Source: a virus (Duplodnaviria; Caudoviricetes). Taken from it: DNA of 47,398 nucleotides. The stretch is from IMG/VR virus record IMGVR_UViG_3300024286_000006, positions 1 to 47,398 of that record. One strand, written 5' to 3'. Below the pieces are notes generated by a model. That model was not told the DNA's origin. It ran no database searches and was given only the letters and a program-made list of their open reading frames with translations. Of this stretch, positions 27,177-36,660 are shown one piece after another; within the stretch, counting starts at the first letter, position 1, and each line of letters opens with the position of its first letter. Both the position numbers and the translations under genes were made by a program.

Positions 27177-28373
27177 ATGGCTGTTCTGAATGCATGGTCG
27201 AATGATCTGGATCTCACTCTGGCCCACGATTGGGACACTATCGGCGGAACAATTTCTATCGCCGCAAGCGCAGCAAGAAATGGAGCAGGCGGTATTTTGA
27301 TTGCCGGCTTGAATGGTCGCGCAGTCAAGAACATCACCAACGCCGTCACACTCTTCTTTGGGTTTGCAATGAATGTGCAGTCAACAGGTTCCGGAACAGA
27401 ACAGATTTGCGCGTTTCTTGATGGCGGTACAATCCAAGTTGACTTCAGACTTGACACATCAGGGCATTTGATCGCCACCCGAAATGGAACGGTGCTGGGA
27501 ACATCGAGCAGTTCCATCACCTTCGGTGTTTGGCATTACATTGAAACGAAAGTAACGATCGACCCAACCACCGGTGTTGCAGAAATCAAGGTGGATGGAA
27601 CTTTCTTTTTGCAACTGAGCGGTCAGAATACCAGAGCGAGTGCAAACAGTTTTGCTGGAGCAGTGCAGATTGGCGGACAGCAGGCTGCGGCTGGGTGGAC
27701 AAAATGGCACGATGATCTTTATTTGCTCGATGCATCAGGCGCAGCGAACAATACCTATCTGGGGGATTCGATCGTTAAAGGGTTGTTGCCGCAAAGTAAT
27801 GGCACCACCAACCAGTTCGCAGCAACAGCGGCGGCGTGGTCGGCAAACACGGTCATGTCTCTCGATCAGCAGATTGTGGACAGCAACGGAAACATTCAAC
27901 GCGTAACAGCGATAACGTCTGACTTCAAAACCGGTGGTTCGACTCCGGCTTGGGCTTCAACTACTGTCGGGCAGACAACTACAGATAACCATGTAACGTG
28001 GACGTTGGTCGCAAAGACACCTCTTGCAAATTGGATGTATGTTGATGAACCGTCGCCCGATGACGATCAAAGCTATGTGTTCGATGCAACGTTGAACGAT
28101 GTTGAACGGTACTTGATGGCGACGTTGACTGCCGCATCGATCTTTGCTGTTGGTGTGAAGGCCAGAGCAAGTAAAGACAACGCAGGCCCCAGATCATTCC
28201 GGTTTCAATGCAAGAGTGGTGCGACAACATCGAACACGGCATCGGACATTGCACTATCGCAAACTGTGTACGGTAACTATCAAGCGTTCTTCGAGACAGA
28301 CCCAAACACCGCTGTGGCTTGGACGCAATCAGGTGTGAACGCAGCAGAGTTTGGCGTCAAGCTGACCGTCTAA
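27177..28373 (+). CDS. Tail/receptor-binding protein, LamG/ConA-like lectin domain
   Basis: WHYIETKV...GVAEIKVDG...HDDLYLLD pattern; C-terminal DPNTAVAWT.SGVNAAEFGV; inserted AWSANT...TTTDNHVTW carbohydrate-binding-like module. Confidence 0.65.
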   Translation: MAVLNAWSNDLDLTLAHDWDTIGGTISIAASAARNGAGGILIAGLNGRAVKNITNAVTLFFGFAMNVQSTGSGTEQICAFLDGGTIQVDFRLDTSGHLIATRNGTVLGTSSSSITFGVWHYIETKVTIDPTTGVAEIKVDGTFFLQLSGQNTRASANSFAGAVQIGGQQAAAGWTKWHDDLYLLDASGAANNTYLGDSIVKGLLPQSNGTTNQFAATAAAWSANTVMSLDQQIVDSNGNIQRVTAITSDFKTGGSTPAWASTTVGQTTTDNHVTWTLVAKTPLANWMYVDEPSPDDDQSYVFDATLNDVERYLMATLTAASIFAVGVKARASKDNAGPRSFRFQCKSGATTSNTASDIALSQTVYGNYQAFFETDPNTAVAWTQSGVNAAEFGVKLTV

Positions 28374-28374
28374 C

Positions 28375-28383
28375 CTATATAAT
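28375..28383 (+). promoter_or_regulatory. CTATAnAAT extended -10-like element (helicase; near-leaderless)
   Basis: CTATATAAT ending 9 nt before ATG 28393; same motif at 36643 and 45254. Confidence 0.5.
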
Positions 28384-28392
28384 AGATGTACC

Positions 28393-29883
28393 ATGAAATC
28401 GAATGAGGTTGGCGCTCTTGTAAGCAATCGAAGAACCGCGTTGTACGAGCCATATCCCGACACCTTGCAGTACTACTTTATGTTCCATCCGCCTGGTTAC
28501 ATGTTCATGCCTCACTACCGAAGAGGCGGCTGGGATGGATACATCCGACTCTTGAAACGAGGAACAGTTCCTACCGGAGTGTTCTACGCGTTGCGAGATC
28601 AGATCGAAAAAGAACTGGGAATTGAGTTCGATGTTGTACGCAGTTTCAAAAAGATCAAACTGCTGGATGACGGAATCAAGTCCGATCGCCCTTATCAGAA
28701 TGACTGCGTTGAAGCGATGGTTAGAGCATCCCACAAATATGGTGGTGGGATAGTTCTGAATGCAACGGGGTCTGGGAAGACGTTCATTGCGGCAATGTAC
28801 TTTTCAAGGCTGGTTGGTAACGCATGCTTTCTGGTGGACGAACTGACACTGCTAGAGCAAGCGAGAAAAGAAATCTCGAAAGGGCTGGGAGAAGAAGTTG
28901 GAATGATTGGTGACTCTGTGTTCGATCCGCAGCGAATCACAGTTGCTACCAGTCAGACCCTTGATCTTCATTGCAAGACAAAGAAATATGCAAACTGGGT
29001 TCGAAGTCTGCAAGTGATAGTGATCGATGAAATCCATCAAGCCATGAGCCGAAGAAATTTCAAGGTAGTAGAAGCTATCGAACCCCCTGTGGTCTTTGGC
29101 TTGACTGCAACTCTTCAGATGAAACAAGAACCTGTTCGCTTGAGAGCCTGGGCCTTAGCTGGTCCAACTATTTACGAGTACCCTCTGTCTCAGGGACAAG
29201 AAGAAGGGTACCTAGCTCCGTCTGTAGCAATCCAGATTACCTACACCGGGTATAAGGGGGAGAGTGAAGGATCGTTTTCAGACTACCATGAAGAGTATCT
29301 CCACTTCATTGTTGAAGACCCGGAAAGAAATAATCTGATCGCCGAGATGGTGAAAGAGGGACGAAGACGAGGAAAATATGTCACCGTTCTGGTTGAAAGA
29401 ATCCGTCACCTGAAACACTTGTCAGAGGCACTGGATGGAATCCCTCATCGCGTGGTCTCTGGTCAGAAAAGAGTTGACAAAAGACTATCTTCGATTTCTT
29501 CATTCGAGAAGGGAAAGGTTAGAGTTGTTCTGGCGAATAAAGTGTTCAAAAAAGGAATCAATTTGAAGAGGCTGGACTGTATCATTGACGGTGCCGCGAT
29601 GAAGAACAAAAATGATGCCCAGCAGAAACATGGAAGAGGTGTAAGGCAATGTAACGGAAAAGCTGGTTTGCTGTACTTTGATATAGGGGATTTTGGTAAC
29701 AGATTTGAGAAAGCAGCAACCAGAAGACGACGGGCCTTAAAGGCTCTGGGAATACCATTTCAGAGGATTGCGTACACGGATTCTGATGGAGAAGTTGGTA
29801 AAATCTTTGATCACGCGGAAAAAGTTCTAGCTAGACGAATTTCGGCTCTAAACCAGGGTACGCAGAAGAAGCTTTTTGAGTGA
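28393..29883 (+). CDS. Superfamily 2 DEAD/DEAH-type helicase (UvsW/XPB-like)
   Basis: Q motif DRPYQ, Walker A ATGSGKT, DEIH, GLTAT, GINL, QKHGRGVR; C-terminal QKKLF. Confidence 0.9.
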   Translation: MKSNEVGALVSNRRTALYEPYPDTLQYYFMFHPPGYMFMPHYRRGGWDGYIRLLKRGTVPTGVFYALRDQIEKELGIEFDVVRSFKKIKLLDDGIKSDRPYQNDCVEAMVRASHKYGGGIVLNATGSGKTFIAAMYFSRLVGNACFLVDELTLLEQARKEISKGLGEEVGMIGDSVFDPQRITVATSQTLDLHCKTKKYANWVRSLQVIVIDEIHQAMSRRNFKVVEAIEPPVVFGLTATLQMKQEPVRLRAWALAGPTIYEYPLSQGQEEGYLAPSVAIQITYTGYKGESEGSFSDYHEEYLHFIVEDPERNNLIAEMVKEGRRRGKYVTVLVERIRHLKHLSEALDGIPHRVVSGQKRVDKRLSSISSFEKGKVRVVLANKVFKKGINLKRLDCIIDGAAMKNKNDAQQKHGRGVRQCNGKAGLLYFDIGDFGNRFEKAATRRRRALKALGIPFQRIAYTDSDGEVGKIFDHAEKVLARRISALNQGTQKKLFE

Positions 29884-30200
29884 GAAAAGGTAGAAACCTT
29901 AGGGATGAGGACGGTTTTTCAAGGTGTTGGCCTCGTATTCGTTGGCACAATGCCTTAGTAACCAGGATTCAGGTGGAAAGGCTAGGAAAAAGTTTGAGAG
30001 TGAGGAAGAAGAATTTTTTGAGGCTATATGTCACATATCGATATCGACTAATGGCCCCTATTCTATCTTCTTACTCTAGCAGGCTTCGCCTGACAAATGC
30101 TACGCATTTGTTACTTTCTCTTTTCCTTAAACCCATATCCATAGTCCTCGTCACTATGGACTATGGAGTGCTAGTCAGTTTTTTAGGGACGTGTTGGAGG
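29884..30200. other. AT-rich intergenic region with inverted repeats; candidate replication origin/regulatory region
   Basis: No convincing ORF; perfect 10-bp hairpin tccatagtcc-N10-ggactatgga (30138-30167); palindrome atatcgatat (~30036-30045); pyrimidine tracts. Confidence 0.35.
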
Positions 30201-30206
30201 TAACGG

Positions 30207-30374
30207 ATGATTTGGGTGGTGATCGCGCATGCGGTTATTTTCGGTGGTGCAGGAATTGGGTGGGCTGGCTACGGTGTTTACCGTCGAATAGATCGTTGGG
30301 TGGTTGAAGGATTGTTGCTGACAGCTTTGGTTGCGGGAAACACATTGGCAGCTTTGATGTTGTTACGGAGGTAA
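30207..30374 (+). CDS. Small two-TM membrane protein (55 aa, not in ORF track)
   Basis: GGAGG RBS; MIWVVIAHAVIFGGAGIGWAGYG...LLLTALVAGNTLAALMLLRR. Confidence 0.55.
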   Translation: MIWVVIAHAVIFGGAGIGWAGYGVYRRIDRWVVEGLLLTALVAGNTLAALMLLRR

Positions 30375-30376
30375 CG

Positions 30377-30520
30377 ATGGATGAGGATCGGAACTACAAC
30401 CCATTCGAACCAGAAGAAACTGATCAACAGCGGGATGATCGAATTGGTCGAATGATTCGTGAGAACGTTGACAAGCGGTTGGAGAAAGAAAAGGAGAAAG
30501 AAAAGGAGAATGAACAATGA
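30377..30520 (+). CDS. Small charged protein (47 aa, not in ORF track)
   Basis: GGAGG RBS; MDEDRNYNPFEPEE...; ATGA overlap with 30517. Confidence 0.55.
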   Translation: MDEDRNYNPFEPEETDQQRDDRIGRMIRENVDKRLEKEKEKEKENEQ

Positions 30521-30714
30521 AGTGTGTGGAGTCATGGTTGTTCTGGTTTGCGGTTGTACTGATTTGTGGACAGGTGGTTCTGATCGTGGCTTTGAACATA
30601 GCGTTGATACACATAATTGAGTTCGTTAAGCAAATCTATCGCGTACCAGAATGGGATGACATGCCGATCTGGATTCGTTTCAAGTTTTTCAAACGAACTG
30701 GAAAGATTCGATGA
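30517..30714 (+). CDS. Small membrane protein
   Basis: Hydrophobic N-terminal half; coupled on both sides by ATGA overlaps. Confidence 0.55.
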   Translation: MKCVESWLFWFAVVLICGQVVLIVALNIALIHIIEFVKQIYRVPEWDDMPIWIRFKFFKRTGKIR

Positions 30715-31280
30715 CCAACGAAGACGTTCTCTCGAAACAAGAACTCGTTCGAAAAGAACTCAGAGCCGCCCGTGTTAAAGCCCATCGAGTTCGAGTTGTA
30801 ACGAAACGCGTGATGAAAGATTTGTTCGGTGTCGAGAACTTGTGGCTTACTCCAGCGCAACAGCAACGGATGTACGCGTGGTGGGTTTGGTCGGAGCGGC
30901 ACCAGGTCTCGATTCGATACATCATCAAGGTCGTGGTGGGCTGGGCTCGAAAGAAAACAGCCAAGCGCAAAAAGCCTCAGCAATTCGGAATGCGGTTGCT
31001 GGCGCTCACCGGCAAGAGTGCAGAAAATATTTTACTTTCACAGATGCTCGAAGATTTTCCCAACGGTGAACATCGCGACGAGTGGCGCTGGGAAAAAAGG
31101 GAGAGGCTGATAGGGCTCGATCAGCCTAGGGGAAAAGTTAGGCCATTGCTCAATCCCTTTTCTTTGGATCGAATCCTATACAATTATGGTAAGGGGATAG
31201 ATCGGCGGGCAAAGAAACTCGACCGAGCAGTTTCATCGCAGAAACGAACTCGAAGAAAGTGGAGGACAAGCCCTTGGTAG
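30711..31280 (+). CDS. Basic hypothetical protein (replication module)
   Basis: 189-aa R/K/W-rich ORF upstream of the helicase; ATGA coupling. Confidence 0.6.
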   Translation: MTNEDVLSKQELVRKELRAARVKAHRVRVVTKRVMKDLFGVENLWLTPAQQQRMYAWWVWSERHQVSIRYIIKVVVGWARKKTAKRKKPQQFGMRLLALTGKSAENILLSQMLEDFPNGEHRDEWRWEKRERLIGLDQPRGKVRPLLNPFSLDRILYNYGKGIDRRAKKLDRAVSSQKRTRRKWRTSPW

Positions 31281-31477
31281 ATAACTATTTGCACGTGGCC
31301 GTTGTTCTCGGCATGACTGCTTTCGCAATTCTGATGTTCATTTCGATCGGTGTTTCGCTGATTCGGTACACGATCGACAGGTGGATGGATGCAACTCGCA
31401 TTGCAGCACTCAAAGACAAAATTGCGGAAGCTTCCAACTCAGAAAAAGAATACCTAGATGCAATCGGAGACCTATGA
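31274..31477 (+). CDS. Small membrane protein
   Basis: GGAGG RBS + TTG; one TM segment; ATGA overlap with the next gene. Confidence 0.5.
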   Translation: MVDNYLHVAVVLGMTAFAILMFISIGVSLIRYTIDRWMDATRIAALKDKIAEASNSEKEYLDAIGDL

Positions 31478-31860
31478 GCGTTGATGTTCACGATTGGCGG
31501 CGCATTCTCAAATCGCACCCCTCGTTGCTCGAACAAGTTTCTGGCGGTGGTCTGCGATTGACACTTGAGGGCAGGTTGTTCGTGTTAGTGCTGTTGCAGC
31601 ATGAGGACTACATCAACCAGGCAAAATTCAAAGCCATAGTTGACAGCGAGACCGATGGGCAGAACATCTACATCAAAACTGCAAAGATGGTTGCTGACGC
31701 AGCAACAGAATGGATCGCACGACACGGTGAGGATCTTGAAAAGCGAGCGGAAGAGACGTATGAAGGCACGGACTTAAATACGCGGGCGGTTGGGATGCTG
31801 ATGTGGGTGTTGACTGCATCACAGCAAAATTTCGCTGCTTCGCTGATCTCAGGTCGGTAA
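31474..31860 (+). CDS. Hypothetical protein
   Basis: Start MSVDVHDW by ATGA coupling; abuts the helicase start. Confidence 0.6.
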   Translation: MSVDVHDWRRILKSHPSLLEQVSGGGLRLTLEGRLFVLVLLQHEDYINQAKFKAIVDSETDGQNIYIKTAKMVADAATEWIARHGEDLEKRAEETYEGTDLNTRAVGMLMWVLTASQQNFAASLISGR

Positions 31861-33234
31861 ATGAGTGGTTATTGGCGAGATGAAGATTTTCAGCTACACC
31901 TAGTTGCGTTTCTCTGCAAAGACCGCAACTTTCTACGTGACACTGCTCATCTGCTAGAACCAGATGACTTCAAGCCCAAGCCAGGTGAGCCTTCTGAGAT
32001 TTGGCTGGTGGCGTCGAAGGCGTTGGAGTTCTATGAGAAATATCGGCAGCCAATCAGTGGCATGCTGCGGACGGAAATTCTCGATCATTGCCGAAAGACC
32101 CATGCGAGTGATAAAGCAAAAAACAGACTCATGCTTCTGGTCGATGAAATCAAATCGAACCACAAGATGGTCGCTGTTGATGCACTCGCAGAAAAAGTAA
32201 TCGAGTACAAGAAAGACAGACTGCGACGTTCGACAATTCAGGAGATTCTGGAACTACAGGAGCGGGGACGACTGACGGATGAGAAGTGGACCGAACTGTG
32301 CTATGGAGCGATTAAAGAGTTTGGGCAGTTGGATTACAAGACCTCAAACTTCTTTGAAGAGTTAGACGACAGAACGATTCGCAGAATAAAAACTGACAAC
32401 TCAAAGCAACGGCCCTACTTTCTCATCGATCCGCTTGACGACATTATTCGTGGACCAGGCCGTGGTCATCTGGCAATCTGGATGGCTTATTTGGGTATGG
32501 GAAAGTCGATGGCGTTGGTTTGGATGGCGCTTGCTTATGTGTTGCAGGGGTTCAACGTTTTGTACATCACACTCGAAGATCCGCGAGAAGAAGTGGAAGA
32601 TAGATTCGATGCTGCGATAACGCATCTACCTTCGCGACGATTGTCAATGTTGCCACGGAAAATAAAACGACGGTTCAAGCTGTTCATGCGGTTGGTTCAC
32701 TCGCGCATGAAAATTGTTGACGGTACGGAAGGTGGGATGACCGTTCCCCACATGGAAGACATTTGGGAGCGGGAAAGAAATCGTGGCTTCACAGCAGACG
32801 CAGTGATTGTTGACTATGACGATGAAATCGTCGCGACCAAGAAGCAAACGGAACGCAGATTCGAACTCGCAGACATTTATCGCGACCTCAGAAAGTTTGC
32901 CGCTCGCAGACAGATTTTTCTTTGGACGGCTGCGCAGACAACGCGCAAGACGGAGAAAATGCGTGTTATCAGTTCCGGACAAACTGCTGAGGACATTTCT
33001 AAAGCACGCAAGGTCAGATTGGCAATTGGAATCGGTCAGGGCGATTGGGGTGAGCACTCGCGTTACCTTTACATTGCGAAAAACAACTTTGGTCGGCAGT
33101 TCATCGGGCGCAACATTATCGGTAATTTCAGTCACGGTTTGTTGTACGATCGGGAAGCAACTATAGAAGCACAAAGGGCGGACCATGAGCAAAAGAAAAA
33201 AGAACGGGTTGAAGGCGACGACTCAGACACCTAA
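31861..33234 (+). CDS. Replicative DnaB-like (SF4) helicase
   Basis: Walker A-like AYLGMGKS, VLYITLE, VIVDYDD, LWTAAQT, AED..K, IAKN. Confidence 0.9.
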   Translation: MSGYWRDEDFQLHLVAFLCKDRNFLRDTAHLLEPDDFKPKPGEPSEIWLVASKALEFYEKYRQPISGMLRTEILDHCRKTHASDKAKNRLMLLVDEIKSNHKMVAVDALAEKVIEYKKDRLRRSTIQEILELQERGRLTDEKWTELCYGAIKEFGQLDYKTSNFFEELDDRTIRRIKTDNSKQRPYFLIDPLDDIIRGPGRGHLAIWMAYLGMGKSMALVWMALAYVLQGFNVLYITLEDPREEVEDRFDAAITHLPSRRLSMLPRKIKRRFKLFMRLVHSRMKIVDGTEGGMTVPHMEDIWERERNRGFTADAVIVDYDDEIVATKKQTERRFELADIYRDLRKFAARRQIFLWTAAQTTRKTEKMRVISSGQTAEDISKARKVRLAIGIGQGDWGEHSRYLYIAKNNFGRQFIGRNIIGNFSHGLLYDREATIEAQRADHEQKKKERVEGDDSDT

Positions 33235-33502
33235 ATTTGTGATGGGTGTCGATCACGGACACGAAGACTACACTGCGTACACGTTGACAGAACTGAATGC
33301 GCGACTAGGACTGAAGGTACTGGACAGTCGTCGAAAGCCTTACAAAGAACTAGCGGCAATGCACGGAGGTTTTCGATGCATGTGGCGAACGAACCATATG
33401 CAGGTCTGCGGCAAAATGCGGAACACGCTGCGCAGTGCTCAAAGACATTTGGCAGAGCATGTGAGGAGACTACATGGTGAAGAAACAAGAACGACAAAAT
33501 GA
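33185..33502 (+). CDS. Hypothetical protein with C2H2-like motif
   Basis: FRCMW...VCGK...AQRHLAEH. Confidence 0.5.
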   Translation: MSKRKKNGLKATTQTPKFVMGVDHGHEDYTAYTLTELNARLGLKVLDSRRKPYKELAAMHGGFRCMWRTNHMQVCGKMRNTLRSAQRHLAEHVRRLHGEETRTTK

Positions 33503-33719
33503 CATAGTTGTTATTTTGAGAGATGTGCCAGGAAATAGAATTGAAATCTGGCACAACAGCAACGAGGGGAAATTCATCATTCTACACAACTACATGGGTC
33601 GGGTGGAAGTGGTCGATCTATCAACAGTCGAGTTTATTCACCTGCTGAAAAACGGTTTGGAACATTTCGGTTTGTCTAACGGAGTGGTCGAGAAGCTGGC
33701 AACGAAACTAGTTCAATGA
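33474..33719 (+). CDS. Hypothetical protein
   Basis: AGGAG RBS; ATGA overlap with primase. Confidence 0.6.
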   Translation: MVKKQERQNDIVVILRDVPGNRIEIWHNSNEGKFIILHNYMGRVEVVDLSTVEFIHLLKNGLEHFGLSNGVVEKLATKLVQ

Positions 33720-34669
33720 ACCTACTCGAATTGCTGGACGAACACGGAATCAAGTACCGAAGGTCTCAATTCGATGAGACCGAAATATTTATCTGTTGTC
33801 TGTTCTGCGAGAGCAAAGGACAGAATGCAGACACTCGATTCCGTTGCGGGCTGAATGTTGAGAACGACAAAGGCCATTGCTTTAACTGCGAATGGAAGAC
33901 GCGAGCAGCGTTTTCCGAAGTAGCAGCGATCTTGGGCGTCACGGTGACTCAGCGTGACGTGCCAGTGCAGGGAGAGACGCCCTCTGAGGACTCCGACCAG
34001 TCGACGCCCCTGTCTCTCCCTGATGATTTTGTAACGTTTCAAAAGGCACCCTCAGGTATACTCTTCGACAGAGCCTGGCGTTACCTGAAAGATCGTGGTG
34101 TGAAGGATTGGCAGATCGAAGAAAAGAAAATAGGCGTCTCATTCACAGGCAAGTACGCGTACCGAATTATTTTCCCGATCTATTTCAAGCACGAGTTGCA
34201 AGGGTTTGTCGGTAGAGATTTTACCAAACAACAGAAGCTACCCTACCTGAACATGCCAGGAAACAAATCCCTCTACAACGTTCCGCGTGGCCGACGTGCA
34301 AAGAAAGTAGTTCTCTGCGAAGGTATTTTTGACTGTCTAGCAATCGAGCAGACGGTTAGGCTTGCAGATTATGACGTGATGGCGGTGCTAGGGAGAACGT
34401 TGACCGAGTTGCAAGAGGAGCAGATTGCCGACTATCGAGATGTTATACTGTGGCCAGACGGAGACATTCCCGGAGTGAAGGGATTCATCGATGTTGCAAA
34501 ACATCTGAATCAGAAGCATAGGGTGTTCGTGGTACCACCCTCAAGCTACGGGAAAGATGCCGCAGAGATGAAACGTGTGCACAGAGATTTCATCTGGACA
34601 ACCAGATGCAGGTTTGATTCGAATGTGGAACTGAGACTAAGAGCAGAGGTGGCGTTCAATGCAGACTGA
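33716..34669 (+). CDS. DNA primase (zinc finger + TOPRIM)
   Basis: CLFC...HCFNC zinc domain; YLKDRGV; RIIFP; FVGR; LCEGIFD; DGD; KDAAE. Confidence 0.9.
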   Translation: MNLLELLDEHGIKYRRSQFDETEIFICCLFCESKGQNADTRFRCGLNVENDKGHCFNCEWKTRAAFSEVAAILGVTVTQRDVPVQGETPSEDSDQSTPLSLPDDFVTFQKAPSGILFDRAWRYLKDRGVKDWQIEEKKIGVSFTGKYAYRIIFPIYFKHELQGFVGRDFTKQQKLPYLNMPGNKSLYNVPRGRRAKKVVLCEGIFDCLAIEQTVRLADYDVMAVLGRTLTELQEEQIADYRDVILWPDGDIPGVKGFIDVAKHLNQKHRVFVVPPSSYGKDAAEMKRVHRDFIWTTRCRFDSNVELRLRAEVAFNAD

Positions 34670-34973
34670 ATTGAAGTGCTTGTTGGAATATAGATGTGAT
34701 GGGGTGCACGCTATCGAAGGTCCAGGGACGTGCACGGAAGTGAAGTTTATGTACAACGACAAGCCTGAATGGCCACCCCGGTTTTCAAATCATCGGCACA
34801 TTCGAATGGCGTTGCACGTTGGGAACTACTTCTGTGGAGTGTTCCAACCATTTCAAATTTGGGTGCGTCAGGTAGATGTTGATGCTGAACTGCAAGCGGC
34901 TCACGACGAATATCGTGTGCGTTATGAACGAGCGGAGATGGGAGACGATGACAAAACAACTGGTACTGATTGA
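34659..34973 (+). CDS. Hypothetical protein
   Basis: GAGG RBS; overlaps the flanking genes. Confidence 0.5.
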   Translation: MQTELKCLLEYRCDGVHAIEGPGTCTEVKFMYNDKPEWPPRFSNHRHIRMALHVGNYFCGVFQPFQIWVRQVDVDAELQAAHDEYRVRYERAEMGDDDKTTGTD

Positions 34974-35919
34974 CGGAAAGAACTACGCCTACCGGATGCA
35001 TTTCGTGCATCGGTTCCTGTCAAGCAAGGGCCGATGTACCTCATTTCTGTTTGGTGGGCTGAACTCACTGGTTGCTTTGGCGCGACAACTGCCTGAAACC
35101 GCGTTTGTGTTTGTGTGGGACGGCGCAGGTGAAACGTGGCGCCACAGATTCAGTGGGGGAGAGTACAAAGCCCATAGAACAAATCACGGGGGCGATCCAA
35201 AAGAGGACGTTGCTGATCTTTTCCCCCAGTTGCCAATCTACCAGCAGATGTGGAAGCGGGCAGGCTTTCGATCGTTCGAGATACCAGGACTCGAGTGCGA
35301 CGATCTAATCGGCATGCTGGCGACGAAAGCGGTGAAGGCAGAGTTCTTTGAAAAAGTAATTGTGCACTCAACCGATCAAGACTTCTACCAGCTGGCGACA
35401 GACAAAATCGGAATCATGCGTGGCAAGAAACAGGGAGAAACGAACAACCGGATCATGTTCGCGCAGCAGGTGGCAGAAGAAATCGAGCTACATCCAAAAG
35501 ATTGGGTCAAGGTTCGTGCGTTGATCGGTGACCCAACCGACAACATTCCGCATCCACTCGACGGCGTTGGGCCAAAGAAAGCAGCAAAGATGATTCAGGA
35601 AGGACTTGACCCTTCGAAAGAATGGGAGAAGCAAGATTACCGAATCAAGTTTAACTTCTCGCCGGTCAAATCACGTTGGCCGATTATCCGATCGAACTAT
35701 GTTTTGTCACACATCTTGCGGGATGCTGAGAGTGAACATCTCGATGATCTCACGAAACAAAAGGTCGAGGCTTTGCTGGATGGTTTATCGCGCAAGCAGT
35801 TTCTGCGAGAGAAAAGCAAACTGACGGACGATGGCTTTGAGGAGTTTACAAATTTCTGTTTCGAATATGATCTCGCCGACATATTCGCCAGCAGGGTTAG
35901 CATTTGGAAGCTACCCTGA
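34948..35919 (+). CDS. 5'-3' exonuclease / flap endonuclease (PolI N-terminal, T5 D15-like)
   Basis: LVLIDG, VWDG, WRH...YKAHR, ECDDLIG, STDQDFYQL, LIGDPTDNIP, GVGPKKA. Confidence 0.92.
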   Translation: MTKQLVLIDGKNYAYRMHFVHRFLSSKGRCTSFLFGGLNSLVALARQLPETAFVFVWDGAGETWRHRFSGGEYKAHRTNHGGDPKEDVADLFPQLPIYQQMWKRAGFRSFEIPGLECDDLIGMLATKAVKAEFFEKVIVHSTDQDFYQLATDKIGIMRGKKQGETNNRIMFAQQVAEEIELHPKDWVKVRALIGDPTDNIPHPLDGVGPKKAAKMIQEGLDPSKEWEKQDYRIKFNFSPVKSRWPIIRSNYVLSHILRDAESEHLDDLTKQKVEALLDGLSRKQFLREKSKLTDDGFEEFTNFCFEYDLADIFASRVSIWKLP

Positions 35920-35938
35920 GGATTTCTCAAAGTGCCTC

Positions 35939-35966
35939 TTGCGCCCCGACTGCTTTCGATTATAAT
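35939..35966 (+). promoter_or_regulatory. Sigma70-like promoter for the phage sigma gene
   Basis: TTGCGC-N16-TATAAT in the intergenic region ~85 nt upstream of ATG 36052. Confidence 0.55.
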
Positions 35967-36051
35967 TCGCCCATCGGTCGAAGCTGATTCTGTAGTGAAG
36001 CGAGCGAGGTTGCTTCGCCTGAAAACGTGTTGAACTACATTTTGGAGGCTC

Positions 36052-36615
36052 ATGGTGAAACGTCCCGTAGTCGTAAACTATACCCGTCTAGTTACGAAAA
36101 TGGCTCTGGCAACGTGGCGAAAGTTACCCCCTCAACCGCGACGTTGGATGGATCCCGCTGATTTGATTCAGGAAGGAATGTTGTTTGTAAAGCAGCAGGT
36201 CACTAAATGGCGTCCGCATCGTGCAACGTTTATGACGTTCATCCACATAAGCTTGGAGCAGTTTTACCAACGCATCTTAGCAGCGCACTACACGCAGAAG
36301 CGTAGCAAATGTGATCTTGTCTCTGTTGACTCTGTTCTCTTCCGACTCTCTTCTGTAGATCCGATCGAAAAAGAAATCCACGCAGTTGAATCCCTCCGCA
36401 AGATCATCAAAGTGGCATCGCCTCCGCTTAGGCGCTCGATCAGGACGTGGATGTTCACCAAGAAGCACGCTCACTTTCGCGGTGAAAAATTCTATGATGT
36501 GAGAGATGAGATGCAGGTGTTGTGCCAGTACTATGGCTTCACCCGAGAGGACATGGAGTTCTTGTTGCTGCATGAAACATGGCGGCAGCAGGTAGCCATT
36601 GACCTGAATCTCTAG
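36052..36615 (+). CDS. Phage sigma70-family-like transcription factor
   Basis: Region-2-like DPADLIQEGMLFV...WRPHRATFMTFIH (cf. DLxQEG...FDPxRGxFxTYA); GGAGG RBS. Confidence 0.7.
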   Translation: MVKRPVVVNYTRLVTKMALATWRKLPPQPRRWMDPADLIQEGMLFVKQQVTKWRPHRATFMTFIHISLEQFYQRILAAHYTQKRSKCDLVSVDSVLFRLSSVDPIEKEIHAVESLRKIIKVASPPLRRSIRTWMFTKKHAHFRGEKFYDVRDEMQVLCQYYGFTREDMEFLLLHETWRQQVAIDLNL

Positions 36616-36660
36616 CCGTTGCTACTTTCTTCCATCCGAAATCTATACAATATGTAAGAG

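Noticed and set aside
23945-28373. Diversity-generating retroelement target in tail genes
   Set aside because: No reverse transcriptase and no adenine-variant TR/VR repeat pair noticed in the window
29880-30203. 107-aa ORF after the helicase
   Set aside because: No clear RBS, atypical composition, overlaps hairpins; treated as probably non-coding though not excluded
30207-30714. Holin/lysis cassette among the small membrane ORFs
   Set aside because: No endolysin or spanin nearby and the context is a replication operon; TM segments alone are insufficient
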